Assembly (NCBI GenBank): GCA_938091905.1
Contig: CALKOM010000057.1
Location: forward strand, 1-64,000
DNA from: an uncultured Verrucomicrobiales bacterium
GTDB taxonomy: Bacteria; Verrucomicrobiota; Verrucomicrobiia; Verrucomicrobiales; DEV007
Reading direction: 5' to 3'
Length of the DNA stretch: 64,000 bases
Positions 42,001 through 49,056 of this stretch are shown one piece after another; the first letter of the stretch is position 1; each line of letters begins with the position of its first letter. The translations under genes and the position numbers were made by a program. The notes under the pieces are model-generated. The model was not told the origin of the DNA and ran no database searches. It worked only from the letters and a program-made list of their open reading frames with translations.

Positions 42001-43704
42001 ATCTACCCAGAGCTTGTGGCCGAACGAGAGATTTCAGGTACTGAGATCACCCTGGGGAAAGGGGTGCGTGAAGTAAGAGCCCGTGCTTTCGAAATGGATC
42101 GCTGGGGACCCATGCGTGTCGTGCCAATCGTTACTGGTGAAGCCGGGGCGGCTGCATTGGCCGCTGCTGGGAACGTGGTCATCTCAGAGATTATGTACCA
42201 TCCTGGCGAACCCACTGCCGAAGAGGCGGCGGACGTATCTGAAGATCCCGATGACTTTGAGTTCGTGGAGGTGATGAACATTAGTGACGAAGACGTGAGC
42301 TTAGCAGGGGCATCGTTCTCCAATGGAATAGATTACATTTTCCCCAAGAATGCATCTTTGAAGGCGGGCGAACGTGCCGTCATTGTTAAAAACCTCGGAG
42401 CGTTTCAGAAGCGTTACGCGGACAGCAAGGCCAAAGTCTTGGGCCTGTATGACGGTGGTCTGAAGAATTCTGGTGAGAAACTTACGTTGAGCGATGCCGA
42501 TGATAACGTGATTGCGAGTGTGTCCTTCAAAGACAGTACCCCTTGGCCGCAGAGTGCTGACGGGCTCGGTTTTTCGCTCGTGCTCAAGGTTCCAGAATCG
42601 AATCCATCTCTAAACCAGGCGGGTAATTGGCAAGCGAGCAGCTCGGTTGGTGGCTCGCCAGGTGCTGGCGACGAGGCCACTGCCGGCGGTGTCGTTATCA
42701 ACGAGATCCTCACGCATACTGACCTTCCCAATGTCGATGCGATTGAACTCTACAATCCAACGGATGCCGAGATCGATCTTAGTGGCTGGTTCCTTACCGA
42801 TGACACGGACACGCCTGACAAGTACCGTATTCAATCAGGTACTAAGATTGCTGCCTCTGGCTACGTCGTTATCAAAGGGGACAATGACGACGTTCCTACG
42901 AACAACGATTCCCTACCTGCAGATCGCTTTGCCAAGAGCTTCTCGCTCAGTTCACATGGCGAAGAGATTTATCTCTTCGCGGCCGATGCCTCTGGCCAGC
43001 GCACCGGTTACAGCCATGGATTCGAATTCATCGCCTCGCAGAATGGCGTTTCCTTTGGTCGGCACATCAACTCCGAGGGCAAAGAGCTCTTCCCACCGCA
43101 GCTCGCGTTGACGTTGGGTGCGGAGAATGCTGGTCCTGCCAAACCGGCTGTCGTGATCAGCGAGATTATGTACCACCCTGATGACAACGATGAGGAAGAA
43201 GGCGAGTTCATCGAAATCTGGAACTGGGGTAGTAAAGCTGCTCAGCTCTTTGATCCTGCTAACCCGGCCAACACCTGGCGACTCAGTGGCGTGAAGTTCA
43301 CCTTCCCCGAGAAGCAGACGCTCAAGCCGAACGAAGTTGCTCTCATCACTCGCCTCGATCCAGACACCTTCCGTCGTCGCTATAAAATTGAGGCGTCGAT
43401 CAAGGTCTTCGGCCCACTCGATGAGTCAGCCAAACTCTCCAACAAAGGAGAACGTCTCCGTCTCCTGCGCCCTGATCTTCCCGATGTCGATCTGGAGACC
43501 CAGGAAACCACCGTGCCAATGCTAGAAGTCGATTCTGTTCGCTACAACGACCGCGATCCTTGGCCCGAAGCGGCTGATGGCGAGGGCGTCTCCATGGAAC
43601 GGATTCCTGCGGCAGAGTTTTCAGATGATCCTGAGTCCTGGAAAGGCTCTGCTCAAGACGGCGGCACGCCTGGGAACGTTCCTGCCGTATCGGCAACGCC
43701 TTAG
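39034..43704 (+). CDS. Secreted LTD - Fn3-associated - CotH kinase - jelly roll - 3x LTD protein (1556 aa), tandem paralog
   Basis: Same architecture as 34590-39050; GLRIRGG.SR...KH.FR, YHLYLNGLYWGLYQ.QE, NFDAP...NNW, HDSE. Confidence 0.88.
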   Translation: MMMNCKHLISSLVASLGVVTTVSGISAPSLVITEVMPSNEDVVFDGDGDASDWVEIYNAGNEPVALKGYTLTDDPANLGKWAFPDRKLNGGEFLLVFASGKDRAKGDSLHTNFKLGAKGEFLGMYKGGESIQTFAPSLPKLGQNESYGVVFKGGRADMNKSGALLEPTPGQPNAEAWALPQTADTKFSQDRGFYDTPFKVAITSATGDAQIRYTTDGSQPNQEGGTLYEGPIEITTTTTLRAAAFSDGMRSSDIDTHTYIFPKAVMRQPESPEGWPSTRPGYAGRGGGGFFGFGRRKGGRAVDMDYAMAAPSDVKATEEEVVEALTSLPSLSVVTELSHLLDSKEGIYANPSNRGRDWERPISVELIDPTGGEEGFHWNAGLRIRGGHSRSPYCKKHAFRIYFRDDYGDGKLNYPLFGSEGVEEFDDIDLRTAQNYSYHYSDSGSQNTMVREVFSRDTQRAFGQPYARSRYYHLYLNGLYWGLYQSQEHTEASYGSSYFGGDEDDYDTIKASRTGERATDGNEEGWRHLYEESGNIAAESDPGKRLERYYDLQGLDSAGNPDLKKTVYLDSENLIDYMLIIFYTGNFDAPISRFMGNRMTNNWFSIFQRDGRRGFQFFCHDSEHSLGSDGGARINRVGPFPAGSDYRGSNPQWIHQQLLAVDEYRQAFQKRAEWALLGENGPLTETAVLDRIDRRAATVGKAILAECARWGDAKDEPRDGLSYTKQDWTGAIERLKEVATVRSQLLPEQLRLSRRFKHGRLTGELVPAPLFNPVPIPVMRWRDDAKTRGTFQLSQGKTVFYTTDGSDPKDQGAASQATPSTTSRKSLLPAGSVIRAFVPKTNALKQTWTKPDFDDSKWRAGIGGVGYDFRPDYKSLIGVDVRDEAAGKFPSVLTRSLFKWDGIPIEKLVLNLKFEDGFIAYLNGVRVASHNAPKIANNVASAWGQHMDGEAMRWKPFDLSEHTDLLVTGKDNVLAIQTMNDRVGSSDLLIYPELVAEREISGTEITLGKGVREVRARAFEMDRWGPMRVVPIVTGEAGAAALAAAGNVVISEIMYHPGEPTAEEAADVSEDPDDFEFVEVMNISDEDVSLAGASFSNGIDYIFPKNASLKAGERAVIVKNLGAFQKRYADSKAKVLGLYDGGLKNSGEKLTLSDADDNVIASVSFKDSTPWPQSADGLGFSLVLKVPESNPSLNQAGNWQASSSVGGSPGAGDEATAGGVVINEILTHTDLPNVDAIELYNPTDAEIDLSGWFLTDDTDTPDKYRIQSGTKIAASGYVVIKGDNDDVPTNNDSLPADRFAKSFSLSSHGEEIYLFAADASGQRTGYSHGFEFIASQNGVSFGRHINSEGKELFPPQLALTLGAENAGPAKPAVVISEIMYHPDDNDEEEGEFIEIWNWGSKAAQLFDPANPANTWRLSGVKFTFPEKQTLKPNEVALITRLDPDTFRRRYKIEASIKVFGPLDESAKLSNKGERLRLLRPDLPDVDLETQETTVPMLEVDSVRYNDRDPWPEAADGEGVSMERIPAAEFSDDPESWKGSAQDGGTPGNVPAVSATP

Positions 43705-43767
43705 ACCGCCATTCAAGGTCGATGATACTAACGGTATCATGTAAACGTTGCGTTCGGGAAATTGACC

Positions 43768-44363
43768 ATGAAAAGTGCACTAGTAGTTCTGATACTAATC
43801 TATTTCGAAGCTGTCTCTGCGGATCCTATTCCTGCAGTTGAAGCCAAGCGATTAATTTCCGCTCCCGCCGAGGGATGGGACTTTTTCTTCGGTAGTTGCA
43901 GTTGGTATTGCGGTTCCAGAGCAATCAAGGTTGCTTCCTCAAGCTTCCTAACCGAGCGCGACCTGCGACTCAAGTGCATGATGGGAACATGGGAAAGGTC
44001 TGGAGCGAAGAGGTGAAAGGAAATGGAATTGGAGAGAGCCTCACCTTCACCTTCCACACGACGAAGGAAGACACGACCGATCTAGGAGTGACATCGTGCG
44101 GTATCTGACATCAGGGCTCCGCGACGCTCTTCCGACAAAATGCCAGACCAAAGGTGATCGAGCTTAGTGTAGATGGTGAACCCAAATTGCGGCTTCACCT
44201 TAAAGACACGATGGGGCTCCAACAGTTCGAGATTCCGAAGTTCGCACTGGAACGCCCAAGTAAACATGCCATTACGCTAAAGATCATGGACGTATTCCCG
44301 AGAACTAAGTTCGAGGACTGGATTGCAGAGGTCTACTTTCAAGGCACTGGGAACATGCACTGA
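43768..44363 (+). pseudogene. Decayed secreted discoidin-like (NADase-type glycan-binding) protein
   Basis: Signal peptide, CSWYCG...SSFL, frameshift near 43955, HDG...W.E..G.GIGESLTF, in-frame TGA at 44106, NARPK.I...LKD....Q...I.EVYF.G. Confidence 0.6.
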
Positions 44364-44483
44364 TTCCGGCGGAACGAGATCGTGTAGGACGGCCTTTCGG
44401 GCCGTGAATCGGGCAAGATGCCCGATTTGTATCTGTCATTGGTCGAAATTTGCGACAGCGAGAGTCAGGCTTGACGTTATTCC

Positions 44484-45296
44484 TCATAAGGTCTTGTGCT
44501 TGTCCAGCTCGTGCTGGCGGACAAGGTGGAAGACCATCCCGCCGGGAGAGGCTTTTAAGGAAGCCGGGCGTTTCTGGCCAGGATTGCGCATGGATAGCGT
44601 TAGCTTATCGCCATCCAATTCGTAGACGCTGTAGCCAAGCGTGTCTTGGCGGCGGAAATCGATATGCTTTGGCTCAGCCTCGGTATTCATCTGAGCGAGG
44701 TCTGCCATCTTGGCGCGTGCTGGTTGGTCGCCTAACTGAACCATGAAGAGAGCGTCACGCGTGAACTCGATCGCGGCACCTGGTTGTTTGCGTGGGCCCG
44801 TGCCGCCATCCACTTCTTTGATCACCCAGATACCAATCAGTTCATGCTCGCCGAGATCGACGGCAGGCTCTTCCATCGCTTTGTCCGTGAAGCCGCCGAC
44901 GGTAGTTCGTGTATCGGCGTCAGCGTAAATCCAGTCGGAGATCTTGCCCTTGGCCACCTTGTAATCATCTCCTCGCTTCACCTTGGTGATGACGTGAGGC
45001 TGATTGCTGATCTTTCCCACAAAGTGACCGTCTTTGAATGTCACATCAGAAATCCAGAGATGCTCCACATGGTCTCCCTCCGTCACAGCCGCTTTGACGG
45101 CAAACATTGGGAAGCGTTTCTTGTTGTTGGACTTCAGGGCTCCAAGAAATTCGTCGATGCGGGAGCGAGCCTCGGCGATCGCAGCATCCATGCGCTCGTC
45201 CTCGCTCAGAGCGGGTGTGGGCGGGTCCTCGGCCAAAGCCCTACCCATGATGAAGATAGTGAGTATCGGAGCACAGAGAAGACGGGGCAGGTTCAT
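44484..45296 (-). CDS. Exported DUF2314 (YegJ-like) + TIGR03067 domain protein
   Basis: MDAAI.EAR..I.EF, EHLW, N.P, ISDW, GGFT; then L.G.W...EPK.IDF...Y.LDGDKL.L....G..RP. Confidence 0.8.
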   Translation of the reverse strand: MNLPRLLCAPILTIFIMGRALAEDPPTPALSEDERMDAAIAEARSRIDEFLGALKSNNKKRFPMFAVKAAVTEGDHVEHLWISDVTFKDGHFVGKISNQPHVITKVKRGDDYKVAKGKISDWIYADADTRTTVGGFTDKAMEEPAVDLGEHELIGIWVIKEVDGGTGPRKQPGAAIEFTRDALFMVQLGDQPARAKMADLAQMNTEAEPKHIDFRRQDTLGYSVYELDGDKLTLSMRNPGQKRPASLKASPGGMVFHLVRQHELDKHKTL

Positions 45297-45361
45297 AGGT
45301 TAATTTGTCCAGCATCCTGGGCCAGGTCAACCCAGTCCACGGCCGAGCGTTTGCGTTCACT

Positions 45362-46972
45362 TCAGACCGTGTGAAAGAGCATCGCCTCTTCCACAACGTC
45401 CCCAAGGGCTTTCAGAGCGAACGGCTTCGGTAGAATACTGGCGAAGCCCTTGGCTTGATATTCTGCCAATGAGTCCTTGTCCAACGAGCCACTCGTCGCA
45501 ATGCCAACGATGTGAGGTGTGAGACTACGGAGTTCACGGAAAGTATCTTCGCCATTCATGCCGCCTGGAAGTGTCAGGTCGATGAGTGCTAGATCAAAGG
45601 CGTCACCAGCTTGCCAGGCATCTCGGTAGGTATCAATGGCTGAGTTCCCGTCCGCAGTACAGACGACAACGTGGCCGATCTGTTCGAGATACATCTGTGC
45701 AATCTTGCTGATTCCGGCTTGGTCTTCGACCACAAGGATTTTGAGATGCGCTAGAGAGGGTGGTTTGAGGGCAGCGCCTTCAGCAGCGGTTGGAGGTGTT
45801 TGTGGGTTGCCGGAAATCTCGGCAAAGGCTTCGGGCACAGCAGGGAGGTAGATGACAAATTCACTTCCCCGGTTGGGCTCTGAGTGGACATCGATGTAGC
45901 CATTGTGGCCGGACACAATCTGAGCACACGTGGCTAGACCCAGGCCACTACCGGAGGGCTTTGTAGTGTAGAGGGATTCGAAGATGTGCTTGCGGTCCTC
46001 TTCAGGAATGCCCACCCCGCGATCACGCACGGTTAGCGTTACATAGCTACCCGGAGGCAATCCCAGCGGCGAGGCCTCATCGACAGGGACATTGTCTGCC
46101 ATGAGGGCAATGGTTCCTCCGCTCGGCATTGCCTGCTGAGCGTTTACAAGGAGATTGTTGATGACCTGCACGATCTCGATGCTATCGGCAAGAATCGGCC
46201 AAATGTTAGGATTGATGATACGCTTGCAGGTGACATTTGATCCCAAGCCAGTGATCGCGACGGCTTGATGGAGGACGTCGTGGACGGCACATGGTCGCTT
46301 GGTTGAGCGGCGTCCTTTGGCGTAGTTGAGCAGGCGTTGGCAAAGTGCGCTTGTGGTCATGGCGGCTTCAAGCGCTTGCTCAAGGGCATCGTGAACTGAA
46401 GAACCAGCTTTCGTTCCCGGCATGGCGACTTCCAAGTGGCCACGGATTGTCGTGAGGGAGTTGTTGAAATCGTGAACGATGCCTTTGGCGATATGAGCTA
46501 TGGTGTCTGCTTTGCTGAGCTCGAAAGCATGGCCCTCTGGAATGGTCTCATTTGGGTCATCTGAAGACTCCGCAGGCTGATCCAAGGACGAGCGCCAGCG
46601 CAAGGTTGCTGTATGGTCAGCCTCGCGATTCTCGCCACCTGCGCGAGAGGAAATTTCCCATTCGGCCTCCACCAGGTCGCCAGCCAACGTTCGCATTGTA
46701 TAGACACCGTGGAAGGCAAGCTGTGGGTCTGATTTTAGCCAGTCTTCCCGAAACCGGTCTCGTTCTTCTTTTAGAAAGAGTTCGCTCAGGGCCACCCCCT
46801 CAAGGCGAGCGGGCTCAAGCTTCAACTGAGACTCGAGAGCGCGGTTGGCGAAAACGATTCGCAACTGATCAAAGTTGTCGATACCTCCCTGTAGGATGCA
46901 GATACCTTCCTGAATCTGATCAATCGCAAGCCGCCAGTGGTAGTTCAACGCCTGCAGTTCTTCTGTAGTCAT
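45362..46972 (-). CDS. Cytoplasmic hybrid sensor kinase (PAS-HisKA-HATPase-REC)
   Basis: GIVHDFNN.L, NL.VNA..AM, D.G.GI, TTK..GSGLGL, ILVVED...D.ALID...KPF. Confidence 0.9.
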   Translation of the reverse strand: MTTEELQALNYHWRLAIDQIQEGICILQGGIDNFDQLRIVFANRALESQLKLEPARLEGVALSELFLKEERDRFREDWLKSDPQLAFHGVYTMRTLAGDLVEAEWEISSRAGGENREADHTATLRWRSSLDQPAESSDDPNETIPEGHAFELSKADTIAHIAKGIVHDFNNSLTTIRGHLEVAMPGTKAGSSVHDALEQALEAAMTTSALCQRLLNYAKGRRSTKRPCAVHDVLHQAVAITGLGSNVTCKRIINPNIWPILADSIEIVQVINNLLVNAQQAMPSGGTIALMADNVPVDEASPLGLPPGSYVTLTVRDRGVGIPEEDRKHIFESLYTTKPSGSGLGLATCAQIVSGHNGYIDVHSEPNRGSEFVIYLPAVPEAFAEISGNPQTPPTAAEGAALKPPSLAHLKILVVEDQAGISKIAQMYLEQIGHVVVCTADGNSAIDTYRDAWQAGDAFDLALIDLTLPGGMNGEDTFRELRSLTPHIVGIATSGSLDKDSLAEYQAKGFASILPKPFALKALGDVVEEAMLFHTV

Positions 46973-47167
46973 AGGATTCGTGTCACAGGAAGGGAATGAT
47001 GCGACTAAGTTAAGAAAGCTTAATGTTTAAGAAGTCTTAGAAGATTCTCAATATTAAAAGATTAAATTTGAGAAGATGATCAGTCGATTGCTAACAATTG
47101 TAGTGGTCTCTGGAAATTCGCTCCCTATGCCCAGATGGCACCGCTGGGTATTCAGGTCAAAAACTGA

Positions 47168-47195
47168 TTGCCAAGGGTGTATTTGACGATAGTTT
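47168..47195 (+). promoter_or_regulatory. Putative promoter giving a nearly leaderless rpmI mRNA
   Basis: TTGCCA (47168-47173), 16 nt, TAGTTT (47190-47195), 9 nt before the ATG; no Shine-Dalgarno. Confidence 0.45.
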
Positions 47196-47204
47196 CGCCG
47201 TCCC

Positions 47205-47414
47205 ATGGCCAAAGGCACTTCTAAAGCAAAGACGAGAAAGGCAGTCGCGAAACGTTTTAAAGTGACTGGTACTGGCAAGGTTCTACGCCGCAAACAGGGC
47301 AAACGTCACTTGATGCGTGTGAAGAATCGTAAGCGTAGCCGCAATCTCGGTAAGGTGACGTTGGTCGCCGATGCGAACCTCAAGGCCGTGAAGGCCAACA
47401 TGCCTTTCGCGTAG
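47205..47414 (+). CDS. rpmI: 50S ribosomal protein L35
   Basis: KT.K..AKRFK.TGTGK......GKRH....K. Confidence 0.97.
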   Translation: MAKGTSKAKTRKAVAKRFKVTGTGKVLRRKQGKRHLMRVKNRKRSRNLGKVTLVADANLKAVKANMPFA

Positions 47415-47436
47415 AGAATTCTGAACACTTTCCACA

Positions 47437-47534
47437 GCTGCCCTCGGGTGGCACCCATCAAGGCATCTACCTCGCTCTGGCGGGGACACCGAACAGACGA
47501 GTTGCCTGGTGATTTCGGAATAACGGTCTGTTCG
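47437..47534 (+). promoter_or_regulatory. Structured intergenic RNA element before rplT (candidate L20 autoregulatory site)
   Basis: Three hairpins plus a possible loop pairing within the 133-nt spacer; see findings. Confidence 0.45.
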
Positions 47535-47547
47535 ACACCTACTAATC

Positions 47548-47922
47548 ATGCCTAGAGCAACTAATTCACCAGCCAGCCGAAAGCGTCGGAAACGCATGCT
47601 TCTGAAAGCGAAGGGTTTCCGCGGATTCCGTTCGAAGTTGTACCGCTACGCCAAAGACGCCGTCTATAAAGCGCAGCAACACGCCTACCGTGACCGCAAG
47701 GTTCGTAAGCGCGAGTTTCGCGGTCTTTGGATCCAGCGGATTAACGCCGGTACCCGGGCCCATGGCTTGAGCTACAGTCGATTTATGGAAGGTCTAAAAG
47801 CGGCTAGTATTGAGTTGGATCGCAAAGTGCTCTCCGACATGGCCATCCGAGATGAAGGTGCTTTCAACGTTCTCGTTGAGACTGCGAAGGAAGCTCTCGA
47901 GAAGAAGAAGGCTGCCAGTTAG
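47548..47922 (+). CDS. rplT: 50S ribosomal protein L20
   Basis: MPR...RRK..L..AKG.RG.RS..Y...RDRK..KR.FR.LWI.RINA...YS.F..GLK...LDRKVL. Confidence 0.98.
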   Translation: MPRATNSPASRKRRKRMLLKAKGFRGFRSKLYRYAKDAVYKAQQHAYRDRKVRKREFRGLWIQRINAGTRAHGLSYSRFMEGLKAASIELDRKVLSDMAIRDEGAFNVLVETAKEALEKKKAAS

Positions 47923-47949
47923 TCAGGTTCTCCTGCGAATTTCTAATTT

Positions 47950-47993
47950 CAATGGCCGCGACGCATTGCCGTTTCGCGGCCATTGCTATTTTT
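47950..47993 (+). terminator. Intrinsic terminator-like hairpin between rplT and pheS
   Basis: 12-bp stem caatggccgcga/tcgcggccattg followed by ctattttt. Confidence 0.7.
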
Positions 47994-48024
47994 ACCTTAC
48001 ACACTCACTTTCGTTTTTTAAAAC

Positions 48025-49047
48025 ATGATTGCTCAGCTCGATGCCATCCATCAAGACGCGCAAGCTGCTATCGAGGATGCCTGCGATGAAGCCGCGCTCG
48101 AAGAGTTTCGTATCCGTTTCCTCGGCAAGAAAGGTGCCCTTACCCAAGCAGCCTCAGGAATGCGTGACGTGTCCAAAGAGGACAAGCCTGCCGTGGGGCA
48201 GAAGCTTAATGAAGTCCGCCAAGCACTGACGAGGTTTGTCGAGGCGCGTTCTGCCCAACTCCTTGCTTTGAAAGATGCGGAAGCGGCCAAGGGGATCGAT
48301 GTGACGTTGCCGGGGCGTCGCCCGCAACAAGCGGCTTTTCATCCGCTGACCCAAGTCATGCACCGTGGTATCAGCGCCCTTCGGCAAATGGGATTCACCT
48401 TGGCGGCAGGACCTGAAGTGGAGACAGAGTTCCATTGCTTTGATGCACTGAACACGCCCGAAGATCATCCTGCCCGCAATGAGAAGGACACCTTCTACTT
48501 CGCTGATGGTCATCTACTGCGGACGCACACCTCTTCTGTGCAGGTTCGCACCATGGAGACCACGAAGCCGCCCGTGCGCATCATAGCGCCGGGCAGTGCT
48601 TACCGCCGTGATGAGATCGATTCCACCCACCTCAGTGTCTTTAGTCAAATGGAAGGGCTGTATGTTGCTGAAGATGTCAGTCTTGGGGACTTAAAGGGAA
48701 CGTTAGAGCGACTCTTCCGCGCGATCTTTGGTCCCAAGACGCCCGTGCGGTTTCGGCCGCACTTCTTTCCTTTCACGGAGCCTAGCTTCGAGATCGACAT
48801 CAAACTCCAGCCGAAAGGTCAAGATCCGCGCTGGATCGAAATTGCCGGGTGCGGCATGGTCGACCCCAATGTCTTCCGCCAAATCTGCGAATCGCGTGGG
48901 GATGATGTCTATGATCCTGACAAAGTAACTGGATTTGCTTTTGGTCTCGGATTGGAACGTCTCGCCATGATCATGTGGGGCATTCCTGACATCAGGCTGC
49001 TCATCGAGAATGATCAACGCTTCCTCCGTCAATTTGCATCTGCTTAA
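48025..49047 (+). CDS. pheS: Phenylalanine-tRNA ligase alpha subunit
   Basis: HPAR...DTFY, LLRTHTS.VQ, YRRD..D.TH, FRP.FFPFTEPS.E, GFAFG.G.ER. Confidence 0.98.
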   Translation: MIAQLDAIHQDAQAAIEDACDEAALEEFRIRFLGKKGALTQAASGMRDVSKEDKPAVGQKLNEVRQALTRFVEARSAQLLALKDAEAAKGIDVTLPGRRPQQAAFHPLTQVMHRGISALRQMGFTLAAGPEVETEFHCFDALNTPEDHPARNEKDTFYFADGHLLRTHTSSVQVRTMETTKPPVRIIAPGSAYRRDEIDSTHLSVFSQMEGLYVAEDVSLGDLKGTLERLFRAIFGPKTPVRFRPHFFPFTEPSFEIDIKLQPKGQDPRWIEIAGCGMVDPNVFRQICESRGDDVYDPDKVTGFAFGLGLERLAMIMWGIPDIRLLIENDQRFLRQFASA

Positions 49048-49056
49048 CCGTTAGTC

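Noticed and set aside
47923..48024. pheM-like Phe leader peptide or attenuator before pheS
   Set aside because: No short Phe-rich ORF precedes the hairpin; it is more simply the rplT terminator.
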